From NCBI GenBank assembly GCA_023454275.1, contig JAEYGM010000048.1, positions 179,283 through 243,282 on the forward strand: DNA of 64,000 bases, written 5' to 3'. This stretch comes from Bacillota bacterium. GTDB taxonomy: Bacteria > Bacillota > Clostridia > Acetivibrionales > DSM-2933. Of this stretch, positions 41,723-51,389 are shown piece after piece. Below the pieces are notes generated by a model. The model did not search any database, was not told where the DNA came from, and saw nothing but the letters and a program-made list of their open reading frames with translations. The first letter of the stretch is position 1, and each line of letters starts with the position of its first letter. The position numbers and the translations under genes are program-made.

Positions 41723-41728
41723 TAGTAC

Positions 41729-41759
41729 AGGGGGGTGTTGAGCTTATTCAACACCCCCT
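41729..41759. terminator. bidirectional hairpin AGGGGGGTGTTGA-gctta-TTCAACACCCCCCT between convergent glgD and the hydrolase gene
   Basis: 13-bp perfect inverted repeat. Confidence 0.55.
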
Positions 41760-41766
41760 TGCAGAT

Positions 41767-42534
41767 TTAGTACACAAACACCATTTTACCTGATATCAAA
41801 GCAATAGGCTTTGACCAGAGCCATTTATTTGTGCTGCTGTTGTCAAAATAGTATAAAGCTCCGTAGGTAGGATCACTGCCGTGGAGTGCGTCATAAGCAG
41901 CAGAATTAGCTTCTTGTGATGCAGGCTTGTTGATCCATCCGTTTTCAACAGGAGTAAACTGGTAGTAGCTGGAGTCTTTTTGGTATATTACCCCGCTTAT
42001 TGAATTGGGGAATTTTGCATCCTTTACCCTGTTTATAACTACTGCTCCGACTCCTACTTGCGCTGTGTAAGGCTCTCCGCCTGCTTCGGCTGTTATTAAT
42101 CTGGCCAGAAGGTCAAGCTCGCTTGAGGTGTAAGGGATTATGCTTTTAGATGTATTGGACTGCGTTCCTGATGACGTTATACCCGGCAGATTAAGCTTCT
42201 GACCCGGATAAATACCGTTATCCCATTTGTTGTTTGCTTTCCTGAGAGAGTAGAGATCTATTCCGTATCTTTTTGCTATCAGATACAGAGTGTCTCCGTT
42301 TTTTACAGTATACACGGTACAGGGTATATTTAAAACCTGCCCCGGGTATAGTGTAGTACTTGATAAGTTATTTGTTTTGGCTATGCTGCTGGCAGTTGTG
42401 TTGAATAGGGTGCCGATTTTGTAAAGCGAATCGTTGGTCACGACCGTATATGAACCTGCATATGCGGTGTGAGCCAATAAGAAAGACAAAGATACGACAA
42501 ACAGAAAAGCCTTTAGCTTTTTAAATTTGGACAC
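41767..42534 (-). CDS. cell-wall hydrolase with two LysM domains and C-terminal SleB/CwlJ-type (Hydrolase_2) domain; GTG start
   Basis: signal peptide; two LysM repeats (YTVVTNDSLYKIG…, YTVKNGDTLYLIAKRYG…); LARLITAEAGGEPYTAQVGVGAVVINRV SleB-type motif. Confidence 0.85.
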   Translation of the reverse strand: MSKFKKLKAFLFVVSLSFLLAHTAYAGSYTVVTNDSLYKIGTLFNTTASSIAKTNNLSSTTLYPGQVLNIPCTVYTVKNGDTLYLIAKRYGIDLYSLRKANNKWDNGIYPGQKLNLPGITSSGTQSNTSKSIIPYTSSELDLLARLITAEAGGEPYTAQVGVGAVVINRVKDAKFPNSISGVIYQKDSSYYQFTPVENGWINKPASQEANSAAYDALHGSDPTYGALYYFDNSSTNKWLWSKPIALISGKMVFVY

Positions 42535-42544
42535 TGTATTTTCC

Positions 42545-42665
42545 TCCTTTTGCCTCCGAGGTTAGTTGACGGGTTTGGGTAGAGGTACCCTACTCAATAA
42601 ACGAGATTCACCCCAATTGTATGTCCCCCGTACTCCTTATAGGAGATTCGGCATGTTTACTGTTA
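42545..42665 (-). promoter_or_regulatory. cyclic-di-AMP riboswitch (ydaO/kimA class) in the 5' UTR of the LysM-SleB hydrolase
   Basis: minus-strand RNA contains GAAUCUCC…ACGGGGGACA…GGGGUGAAUC…GUAGGGUACCUCUACCCAAACCCGUCAACUAACCUCGGAGG, matching the pseudo-symmetric ydaO hallmarks; upstream TGgTAAAAT extended -10. Confidence 0.6.
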
Positions 42666-42793
42666 TTTTACCAGATAGCCATATGCATATCCATGTAAAA
42701 ATGATGGCAACTAAGGAATTTTCGGTATTAGATGGCGCTGCATACACTATAATGAATTACGGATGTGCATATTTTAAGAAGATTTTTCGTTTT

Positions 42794-43870
42794 CTAAAAT
42801 TTTCTTTTCTTATTGGAAAAGCCAAGAATATAGCCTCCGTATTTAACAAAATTTACAGGAAGATTGTATAATACGTTTTTAACACCAGGCAAGCCCAGCG
42901 AAGTGAGCAAATAGTCGTAGGCTCTGTCTGTCGAATTGTTAATAGCTTTTCTGAATTCGTACATGGCTGCCAGATCTTTTTGAAAAGGAATTAAAAGCTC
43001 ATCATAGTTTTTTTTTTCAGCTATAGCCTGTGCTGCATATATACCTGAAAAAATGGATTTCGTTTGGCCGAAGCCCAAAAACGGGTCCAGCATGCCGCCC
43101 GAATTTCCGGCAAATAATATGTTCCCTACCTTATGAGGGTATACAAATCCGCTTTCGTGCATTATTACAGCCTCTTCAACTGTTTTATACTTTATATTTT
43201 CGGTAGACAAAAAAAGCTCCCAGAATTGATTTAGTTCCTGCGGCTCAATATCAGGCACAAATAATGCAAGGGAGGCTTTTTGGCTATTATACGGAGTGAG
43301 GTAGGCATAACCGTTCTTACAATATTTCTTGTTAATCCACATGATCAGCTCACATGGGTTGAAATCCCCATGAAGCACTGCAACCCTTACATAACCGCTT
43401 ATCCATTTTTTTTGCCAGCAGCCGAGCTCGTTGGTATAATTGGAGTTGCCTGTGGCGACAATTACATAATCATATTTACCGATAAGTGTTTCATAATCAA
43501 CAAATTCGTTAAATATAATTTCCGGCTTTTTTAGATGTGAATACAATTGGGCTTTTAAGGAGTCGTTATCCCTGTTCCTCTTCATAAAATAACCGAAATT
43601 TCCTTTTAGCGAGGTCTTTTTGTTTTGCGAGAAGTGCGTAAGCAGGTTTATCGTGCCGGCAGGCTTCAGGTTTATCCCGTACTTATGCTTTAAGAGCATT
43701 AATGGGTCTTTCGCCGGTCTGTTTACTACAAAAAGAATAGCTGAAACATGGTTTTCCGAATCCCCAATAAAACCGTATCTCTCAAATATAGTGGATTTTA
43801 TCCCGCGCTTCTCCAGTTCGTATGCACAAGAAAGGCCTGCCAAACCCGCCCCGATTATTGCAACTTTCAT
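42794..43870 (-). CDS. FAD-dependent oxidoreductase (geranylgeranyl-reductase-like)
   Basis: MKVAIIGAGLAGLSCAYEL dinucleotide-binding start; 358 aa. Confidence 0.7.
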   Translation of the reverse strand: MKVAIIGAGLAGLSCAYELEKRGIKSTIFERYGFIGDSENHVSAILFVVNRPAKDPLMLLKHKYGINLKPAGTINLLTHFSQNKKTSLKGNFGYFMKRNRDNDSLKAQLYSHLKKPEIIFNEFVDYETLIGKYDYVIVATGNSNYTNELGCWQKKWISGYVRVAVLHGDFNPCELIMWINKKYCKNGYAYLTPYNSQKASLALFVPDIEPQELNQFWELFLSTENIKYKTVEEAVIMHESGFVYPHKVGNILFAGNSGGMLDPFLGFGQTKSIFSGIYAAQAIAEKKNYDELLIPFQKDLAAMYEFRKAINNSTDRAYDYLLTSLGLPGVKNVLYNLPVNFVKYGGYILGFSNKKRKF

Positions 43871-44110
43871 ACCAGCACCCCATAGAATTATTTATTTATA
43901 TTTTTCTCCAATATTAAGTATTTGATTCTGAATTTAAACGTTAAGCAAATTAATATCTTGATTATGCTTTAATTTTAATTTAAAATTGTAATACATGAGG
44001 TAGAGGCTGTGATAAGATATTCTTATGATTAAGATAATTTGGGAATTTCCTTATAAAGTAGTCCTTTTAACCGATATTATCAATTTCAAATAAAATAAAG
44101 GAGTGGCGGA

Positions 44111-45325
44111 ATGGAAAAGATTAAAATGAAAACCCCGATCGTGGAGATGGACGGGGATGAGATGACGCGCATTATCTGGAAGATGATAAAGGATATACTT
44201 CTTGAGCCCTATATAGACCTTAAGACGGAGTATTACGACCTTGGGCTGGAATATAGGGATAAGACGGACGATCAGGTCACGATTGATTCGGCTTACGCCA
44301 TTAAAAAATACGGTGTAGGCGTTAAGTGCGCAACCATTACTCCAAATGCCGAAAGGGTAAAGGAATACAGCTTAAAGAAGATGTGGAAAAGTCCCAACGG
44401 GACTATAAGGGCTATTTTAGACGGTACGGTTTTCCGCGCGCCTATAATTGTTGACAGCATAAAACCTTTTGTAAGGACATGGAAAAACCCTATAACAATA
44501 GCCAGGCATGCATACGGTGATGTATACAGAGATGTGGAATACAGAGCTGAGGGTGCCGGAAAGGCCGAGCTTGTTTTTACCTCCGAAAATGGAGACGTAA
44601 CAAGGCAGGTGATACATGAGTTTAAAGGTCCAGGCGTAGTCCTCGGCATGCATAACCTGGATGCTTCGATAAAGAGCTTTGCAAGAGCGTGTTTTAATTT
44701 TGCCCTTGATATGAAGCAGGATTTATGGTTTGCAACCAAAGACACGATTTCTAAAAAATATGACCATACGTTTAAGGATTTATTTCAGGAAATCTATGAC
44801 AAAGAGTATAAGGAAAAATTTGAAGCTTCTAAGATTGAGTATTTCTACACTTTGATTGACGATGCGGTTGCCAGGGTCATAAGATCCGAAGGCGGTATGA
44901 TCTGGGCATGTAAAAATTATGACGGAGACGTAATGTCCGACATGGTGGCTACAGCCTTCGGAAGTCTGGCTATGATGACTTCGGTACTTGTTTCGCCGGA
45001 GGGGCATTATGAATTCGAAGCCGCGCACGGCACTGTCCAGAGACATTATTATCAGCACCTTAAGGGTCAGGAAACCTCAACAAATTCTATGGCTACCCTG
45101 TTTGCATGGACCGGAGCCTTGAGGAAACGCGGTGAACTGGACGCTATTAATGAGCTTGTGGAGTTTGCCGGCAAATTGGAGAGGGCGTCGATTGATACCA
45201 TCGAAGATGGGGTAATGACAAAGGATTTGGCACAGCTCTCCGAAGCCTGCGAAAAAAGAATTGTAAATACGGAAACCTTTCTGAGAGAAGTAAATAAAAG
45301 ACTGGCTGCCGGCTTTATAGCTTAA
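44111..45325 (+). CDS. icd: NADP-dependent isocitrate dehydrogenase, eukaryotic-type (IDH1/2-like, about 400 aa)
   Basis: [21 protein letters not shown]…[13 protein letters not shown] pattern typical of subfamily II IDH. Confidence 0.85.
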   Translation: MEKIKMKTPIVEMDGDEMTRIIWKMIKDILLEPYIDLKTEYYDLGLEYRDKTDDQVTIDSAYAIKKYGVGVKCATITPNAERVKEYSLKKMWKSPNGTIRAILDGTVFRAPIIVDSIKPFVRTWKNPITIARHAYGDVYRDVEYRAEGAGKAELVFTSENGDVTRQVIHEFKGPGVVLGMHNLDASIKSFARACFNFALDMKQDLWFATKDTISKKYDHTFKDLFQEIYDKEYKEKFEASKIEYFYTLIDDAVARVIRSEGGMIWACKNYDGDVMSDMVATAFGSLAMMTSVLVSPEGHYEFEAAHGTVQRHYYQHLKGQETSTNSMATLFAWTGALRKRGELDAINELVEFAGKLERASIDTIEDGVMTKDLAQLSEACEKRIVNTETFLREVNKRLAAGFIA

Positions 45326-45472
45326 AATTAAATGTTTTGACTGTCGTTAATAGGCTCATAAAATCAATAAGACCTGTTTTTATTGTGCCTTTAACTTTTT
45401 TGAAAAAGTAATAGATAGCGTTTAATCTGGGTATATATAGTTTGATGACGATTAGCAGAGGATTGGATTTAT

Positions 45473-46093
45473 ATGCAAAAGTTGAATATTATTAAGTCTT
45501 ATTATGAGCCTAATATCGGCAAGGATTTTCCGGACTATAAAATCCTTGGCTGGGAAAGTGACGAATCGCAGCGGTTAAGATTTGATGTCCTGCTGGGCAA
45601 TGTGGATTTGAACGGGAAAAAGATACTGGATGTCGGGTGCGGGCTTGGGAATCTTATTGAATATATAAATCAAAAGGGTATAAAGGTAAATTATACGGGC
45701 GTAGACATATTGGAAAAGATGGTTGAGCGTGCAAAGAAAAAGGGACTGGAAGCAGAATTTTACTGCATGGACATATTTGATGACAGACACCCTTTTAGAA
45801 AGGATCAATTCGACATTGTTTATGCTTCGGGAACCTTTAATTTGAACCTGGGCAACAATATGGAGTTCCTTGCAAAGGCTGCGGTAAAGCTGTTTGAATT
45901 GTCCCGCAGCACACTGGCATTTAACCTGCTTAATTATATGTCGCCAGACAAGGAGGAGCAGTACTTTTACTACAAGCCGGATGAAGTGATTGACATAATA
46001 AGGGGATTGCCTTATCAGATAGATACTGTCAATATAGTCGAGCAGTATTTAAAAAATGATTTTACCGTTATATGCCGTAAAACAAACCGGTAA
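45473..46093 (+). CDS. class I SAM-dependent methyltransferase
   Basis: motif I ILDVGCGLGNL; 206 aa. Confidence 0.75.
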   Translation: MQKLNIIKSYYEPNIGKDFPDYKILGWESDESQRLRFDVLLGNVDLNGKKILDVGCGLGNLIEYINQKGIKVNYTGVDILEKMVERAKKKGLEAEFYCMDIFDDRHPFRKDQFDIVYASGTFNLNLGNNMEFLAKAAVKLFELSRSTLAFNLLNYMSPDKEEQYFYYKPDEVIDIIRGLPYQIDTVNIVEQYLKNDFTVICRKTNR

Positions 46094-46106
46094 GCTTTCG
46101 GTGCCT

Positions 46107-47135
46107 TTACTCCGCATTTTTTACCTCCACTAAGTCAAGTACGAACATAAATACCGGGATGCCTATAATAAGGCCCCATACGCCGAAAAAATGCTCTGAT
46201 ATGAGAAGGACGATAAAGGTGTAAAATACCGGAAGCTCTGTTTTAGACGACATCAGCTTGGGGTTTAATACATATGCTTCAAGGGCGTGGAGTATTACAA
46301 TCATAATAAGAACATACAAAACCATTATAAGGCCGCCTGTGTTGAAGGCAATCAGACAGAGCGGAATCAAAGAAATGATAACACCCGCCACTGGTATCAA
46401 ACCTAATATAAATATCATAATAGCAAGCCCCAAAACCTGTGGAAGCCCCATTATACTCAATGCTATTGCGGAGAGAATACTGTTTGCCAATGCGATAATA
46501 ACCTGGGCCTCAATTACTTTGCCGAAGGAATTGACAAATTTTTTACCGAAGTACTCAATCTCATTGTAAAACACAGACAGCTTGCTTGCCTTAAACTTTA
46601 GAGAAAAACGGAGTATTCTGCTTTTCTCAAGCAGAAAAAACAGGCTTAATATTAATGCTATAAAGATATCGAAGCCCAGCTTGCTTATGTTGCTCAGCGA
46701 GGCAAGCAGAAACCCGACCCCCTGGTGTACGTAGTCTGTAAAATCGATGTCCTTCAGGTTTATCTGGTTGAGTAAAGATATTATATATTTTTCCCAGGCG
46801 CTTTCATGAGGCTTGTTATAGAACTTTATAATCTCATTGACGACATCGTTGCTCTGCTTTATGATTGACGGCAGAAATTTATATAAACCTAATATAATCC
46901 CGAAGATAAGCACAAGGTACATTGACAGAATAACTATTTTCTGGCCCACGCGGGCAACCTTTGATATCCACAGGCTAAGGAACTTCTGAATTCTGTACAT
47001 TAAATACGTAAATATAAAGGTAAGCAGAAGAAGGTTAAGCATACTCCTCATAAAATATAGGATTAAAACGAGAAGCAATAGTATTATAACTCTTCGTGAG
47101 CCTTCCTTTTTAAAAAATCCGATAATATATTCCAT
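46107..47135 (-). CDS. AI-2E family transporter (PerM/YdiK-like, UPF0118)
   Basis: 342 aa, multi-TM with the family's characteristic long hydrophobic C-terminal half. Confidence 0.7.
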   Translation of the reverse strand: MEYIIGFFKKEGSRRVIILLLLVLILYFMRSMLNLLLLTFIFTYLMYRIQKFLSLWISKVARVGQKIVILSMYLVLIFGIILGLYKFLPSIIKQSNDVVNEIIKFYNKPHESAWEKYIISLLNQINLKDIDFTDYVHQGVGFLLASLSNISKLGFDIFIALILSLFFLLEKSRILRFSLKFKASKLSVFYNEIEYFGKKFVNSFGKVIEAQVIIALANSILSAIALSIMGLPQVLGLAIMIFILGLIPVAGVIISLIPLCLIAFNTGGLIMVLYVLIMIVILHALEAYVLNPKLMSSKTELPVFYTFIVLLISEHFFGVWGLIIGIPVFMFVLDLVEVKNAE

Positions 47136-47240
47136 TAATTTTTATTTCACCTCAATTTTTGAGTATTCTGTCTATAAATTATATAGGAATATCATGTATT
47201 AAGCAATAATATAAATACAATCACGGAGGCGTTTTGAACG

Positions 47241-48101
47241 CTACCTGCTTATATCAAGGTCCCCTGAAACTGTATTCACTTCAATTCTGTTAGTGCCGTT
47301 TCCCAGCAGAGCTTCCGAATGATGACTGCCGGGCTTCTCCTTGGTGCTTAAAGGGAAATTGCTGTGCGTACTGCCTGATACCGAATCAAACTTCAAACTG
47401 AACCCGGAGCTTTCAGGCAATTTGATTTTTGATTCACCGGAAGTAGTGTTTATTTTAAGGTTACTATTAAAATTGCTGTATTTAATATCTATGTCTCCGG
47501 ATACGGAACTGAAACGCAAATTCCCGCAAAAACCTTTAATAACAGCATCTCCTGAAGTTGTATTCATGCCGGAATCCTTTGTGCTTAAAGAAAGTGCATT
47601 CAGATTGCCTGATACGGAGCTGAAATTAAAGCCGTCCATGTCGAAGCCCTCTATATTAAGATCCCCGGATACTGTATTTATACTGACGCTTTCACTATAG
47701 GACTTCGGCAAATAAATATCCAGCTTGAGGTCTGAGTTTCTAAAATTAAGGCCTACAACAATAGGCTGCGTTACTTTTATATTCAATTTGCCTTGTGTGT
47801 TTTGGACCTTAAGCTCGGGAACGCCGGCTTTTGAAGATGAATAACTGCCGTAAAAATGTACTTTTATATCCTTTGAGTCAGCGGGGATAATGTTCACATC
47901 TTCGCTCACCACATCTATATATACATTTTTTATATTATCCATAGAAAGAGTTTTATCCGTATTTATATCCTGGGATTTGATGCCGGTAAATATGCCGGTG
48001 AACCCTTCGGCCGCAAAGATTAAGCCTGCTGTACCGAAAGCCAGCACCATTATTATAAAAAGCCATAAAGCAATTCTTTTAATATTTAAGTTTGATAACA
48101 T
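47241..48101 (-). CDS. DUF4097 beta-helix protein (LiaG/YvlB-like putative adhesin)
   Basis: N-terminal TM then repeated …SGD(L/I)NI… beta-helix strands. Confidence 0.75.
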   Translation of the reverse strand: MLSNLNIKRIALWLFIIMVLAFGTAGLIFAAEGFTGIFTGIKSQDINTDKTLSMDNIKNVYIDVVSEDVNIIPADSKDIKVHFYGSYSSSKAGVPELKVQNTQGKLNIKVTQPIVVGLNFRNSDLKLDIYLPKSYSESVSINTVSGDLNIEGFDMDGFNFSSVSGNLNALSLSTKDSGMNTTSGDAVIKGFCGNLRFSSVSGDIDIKYSNFNSNLKINTTSGESKIKLPESSGFSLKFDSVSGSTHSNFPLSTKEKPGSHHSEALLGNGTNRIEVNTVSGDLDISR

Positions 48102-48114
48102 AGCCGATCACCTC

Positions 48115-48684
48115 TTATCGTTTTATAAAATCAAGATTCCATTTAAGGTAAGCAATGGTCAGTCTGTAAAAGTATTTTGCAATAAAGCATACGCCTATGA
48201 GAAACAAAAGACCAAGACAGGTTAAACCCACCGACAGCGAAGTCCCGAATATAAAGCTGGTGCCTATGTCTATAAGTCCGGGTAAAAAGGGAGAGAGTAT
48301 AGCTGCAATAAAAAGCGCTATACCTGAGAGTGTTATGCTGAAGGCGGCGGCAAACAGGCCTATCAGAACGCCAATGAGACCTAAAAACGGTCCGAGCACT
48401 ATCACAAGATTAAAAAAGCCTAGCACTCCTGCGGATAAAACCGCCCTCAATATATTCCCTGTTGATATATTCGACTCGGCTTTTCTTAGAGCGCAGTCAG
48501 CCTTGTATTGTCTGGCTATGTTCCTTGCATCTCCTAATGCTGCTGATATTTCCTCTTCGTTTTTTCCCTCTGCCAGACCCATCCTGAAATGTTCTTCATA
48601 GTCATATAGAATATCGGCTCTATCGTTCTCGGATATATTGCCGAGCTGTCTGTCAAGCTCATTTAAGAAATCCCGTTTATTCAC
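48115..48684 (-). CDS. DUF1700 (HAAS-domain) membrane protein
   Basis: [33 protein letters not shown] signature; C-terminal TM helices; overlaps padR stop. Confidence 0.8.
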   Translation of the reverse strand: MNKRDFLNELDRQLGNISENDRADILYDYEEHFRMGLAEGKNEEEISAALGDARNIARQYKADCALRKAESNISTGNILRAVLSAGVLGFFNLVIVLGPFLGLIGVLIGLFAAAFSITLSGIALFIAAILSPFLPGLIDIGTSFIFGTSLSVGLTCLGLLFLIGVCFIAKYFYRLTIAYLKWNLDFIKR

Positions 48685-49000
48685 TCCGGTTCGCCTCCTT
48701 TACTATGCTGTTTACTCCTTCTACGAAGGAAATCCATTCTTTTTCAAGCTCCAGCTTTGTTTTTACACCTAATGGGGTAAGCTTATAGTATTTTCTCGGA
48801 GGCCCCTCCTGCGATTCTTCAAGGTAAGTGGTAAAATAACCTTCATCCTTAAGCCTTTTAAGCAGAGGATATATTGTACCTTCTGAGATAGATATGTTTT
48901 TGGAAATCTGGTTGACAAGCTCGTAGCCGTAGCAATCCTTTTTAAACAGCATAGACAGCACGCAAAGCTCAAGTACACCTTTTTTGAACTGTATATTCAT
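48677..49000 (-). CDS. PadR-family transcriptional regulator
   Basis: [12 protein letters not shown]…GYELVNQI…[15 protein letters not shown] winged-helix signature; 107 aa. Confidence 0.85.
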   Translation of the reverse strand: MNIQFKKGVLELCVLSMLFKKDCYGYELVNQISKNISISEGTIYPLLKRLKDEGYFTTYLEESQEGPPRKYYKLTPLGVKTKLELEKEWISFVEGVNSIVKEANRSE

Positions 49001-49220
49001 GCTATTTTTCTTCCCCCTCCCTTAACATTTTATCTGGCCAGCTGCCCGCCACAATTATATAGTATCACAAGCTATTGTATATTGCAAGGTACTAAGTAAA
49101 ATAATTTAGCTTTTTATGCAAGGTATTATATTAAAAATTTAATTTAAGAGTATTAATATGGGTTTATATATTTTTTGAAGCCTGCCTTTTATTTTCGCTT
49201 GTGCGGAGCCGGGGAGGATA

Positions 49221-50081
49221 TTATGATCTGAGGCTCCGCCTGATCTGCGAAATCTGCTCTGCAAGCATGCCGAACAAAAACACAAACAGTCCCGTAAGGA
49301 ATAAAAGGATAGAGGAACCAAATATTCCGCGGAATAGTATAATCTGCCTTATCGATACGGCTATTCCTGCCAGCCAGAGTATGGTTCCTGCAGGCCCGAA
49401 AAATTTAAACGGATCGAAAAGCACGATGATTCTTACAATTATTCTTAAAAACCTGAGTCCGTCTTTAAAAGGCTTGATATTGCTCTTTCCGGTTTCACGC
49501 TTTTTTATCTGGTCTATTGGTACATATTTTACGAAATAACCGGATTTAAACATTGATATTGTAATGGTCGTAGGTAAGGAATAGCCGTTTGGGTACAGGC
49601 TTATAAACTCAAAAAAATGATCTCTTTTAATTGCCCGGAACCCTGAAGTGAGATCATCGATTTTATGTCCTGAAAGCAGCTCGGCACACTTTATAAGAAG
49701 CCAGTTCCCAAAAGTCCTGAAGTTTGAAACCTTTGATTTTTTTGTTCTTGCCCCGACAACCATATCGTATTCATCCATATGCCTGATGAGTTCGGGTATA
49801 TACTCCGGAGGGTGTTGACCGTCGGCGTCAATAATCACGAGTATATCTCCGGTGGAATTATATGCGCCGGATTTTACCGAGGCACCGTTTCCCACATTGT
49901 AAGGATGCCTCACTACCTTTGCTCCGGCTTCGGCTGCATTCTTTGCCGTATTGTCGGATGAACCGTCGTCTACTACTATAATTTCGCAGTCGAGGCCAAG
50001 ATTTTTTATCCTCTTGATGATATCGCCCAATGAGTCTTCTTCATTATATGCAGGTATGATGACGGAAATTTTTTTGTCCAT
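49221..50081 (-). CDS. GT2 polyprenyl-phosphate glycosyltransferase (GtrB / Dpm1-like) with C-terminal TM helices
   Basis: ISVIIPAYNEEDSL, VVDDGSSDNT, DADGQ motifs; start re-set to ATG (50081) behind GGGGGA RBS. Confidence 0.85.
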   Translation of the reverse strand: MDKKISVIIPAYNEEDSLGDIIKRIKNLGLDCEIIVVDDGSSDNTAKNAAEAGAKVVRHPYNVGNGASVKSGAYNSTGDILVIIDADGQHPPEYIPELIRHMDEYDMVVGARTKKSKVSNFRTFGNWLLIKCAELLSGHKIDDLTSGFRAIKRDHFFEFISLYPNGYSLPTTITISMFKSGYFVKYVPIDQIKKRETGKSNIKPFKDGLRFLRIIVRIIVLFDPFKFFGPAGTILWLAGIAVSIRQIILFRGIFGSSILLFLTGLFVFLFGMLAEQISQIRRSLRS

Positions 50082-50381
50082 TTTTAATCCCCCATAAATG
50101 TTGAACAGCTTTACCAATGCATACTCCGTGCATCTCAAACCAGATTTGAAAAGCTATTTCACAGATTAAACTTTTTTAAAAAAAGAGTTATATATTTAGA
50201 TTGTGTACAATAATCAAATTATAATAGAAACGGCATTATGTCAAGGCTGTTAGGATGTATTCCGTGTTAAATTAGTGTTAATTATTTGTTTAACACCTAT
50301 ATGCTTGACACAGGTAAGGTTATAAATGTAAAGTATACTATAAATAAATGGGCAGATATTTTTTATATTGAGAGGAATGTA

Positions 50382-51389
50382 ATGCAAAAGACTAAAAGCA
50401 TTAAAGTAATAATATCCGTAATAATCACTGCTGCTATATTTTATCTTGTTCAGAGGCTGATAACGGTTAAAGATATAGCAGGTATTTTCGGGAAAATTCC
50501 TGCATACTCCTTGGTTGGAGGCGTCATGCTGTATTTTTTGAGCTATACGTTCAGGTCTTTAAGATACGGTACTCTTTTAAACGGTAAAAAAATCAGGCTG
50601 TCTGACCTCATAAATATTTCATTTATTCACGGGTTCTTTAATAAGGTCATACCTTTAAGAATAGGTGAGGCATCTTTTGTATACCTGCTCGGCAAAAGGC
50701 ATGGGGTGGCTGCTGAAGAGTCGGTAAGCGTAATTTTCCTATGCCGTATATACGATACCTTAATTTGCGTAATATTTTTATTTTTTTTCTCCTTTTTTGT
50801 TACCTCTATTGGTTCCGGCTCCGAGGGTATACGTATTTTATGTGTGATACTTGTAATCATGCTTTTGTTGTCGGTTGTATTCATCCGGAGATTTATACGC
50901 ATTGCAGCCATGTGTATTGATTTTATTGTGTCAGCACTTCCGAAAAAGTTAGGTGGGCCGTTTGCGAAGGTTAGCGGCATACTGTCTACGGTTTCCGTAT
51001 ACCTTAAAAATATAACCACTAAAGAAATAATTATTAAGACACTGCTGTTTTCTTCTTTAAATTGGTTGTCTATCTTCATATTTTATTATGTTCTTATTAA
51101 AGGTATGAAGTATGGGGTAAAGTTTCTTGAAATGTGTTATGGAACCGCACTTGCAAATCTGGCAAACATAGTACCTGTTTCTGCATTTGGAGGTATAGGC
51201 TCAACCGATGCGGGCTTTGCCGCAGGACTGGCGCTTACGGGGAAAAACATGAAGCAGGCCTTGACAGTCAGTATTTCGGTGAGCTTATTTCAATTATTGT
51301 GCATTATACTGTTTTCGGCAATAGGTTATATAGGCATTAAAGTTTCTGAACCAAAGGGCGGGAAAATCCAGGATCAGGATCTGGTCTGA
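50382..51389 (+). CDS. flippase-like membrane protein (UPF0104 / LPG-synthase-TM family)
   Basis: 8-TM protein; start re-set to ATG 50382 behind GAGAGG RBS; divergent from GT2. Confidence 0.6.
   Translation: MQKTKSIKVIISVIITAAIFYLVQRLITVKDIAGIFGKIPAYSLVGGVMLYFLSYTFRSLRYGTLLNGKKIRLSDLINISFIHGFFNKVIPLRIGEASFVYLLGKRHGVAAEESVSVIFLCRIYDTLICVIFLFFFSFFVTSIGSGSEGIRILCVILVIMLLLSVVFIRRFIRIAAMCIDFIVSALPKKLGGPFAKVSGILSTVSVYLKNITTKEIIIKTLLFSSLNWLSIFIFYYVLIKGMKYGVKFLEMCYGTALANLANIVPVSAFGGIGSTDAGFAAGLALTGKNMKQALTVSISVSLFQLLCIILFSAIGYIGIKVSEPKGGKIQDQDLV

Noticed and set aside
49087-49131. Direct repeat TGCAAGGTA x2 upstream of padR as a putative PadR site
   Set aside because: PadR proteins usually bind inverted repeats, and the evidence is a single 9-mer duplication in AT-rich DNA.
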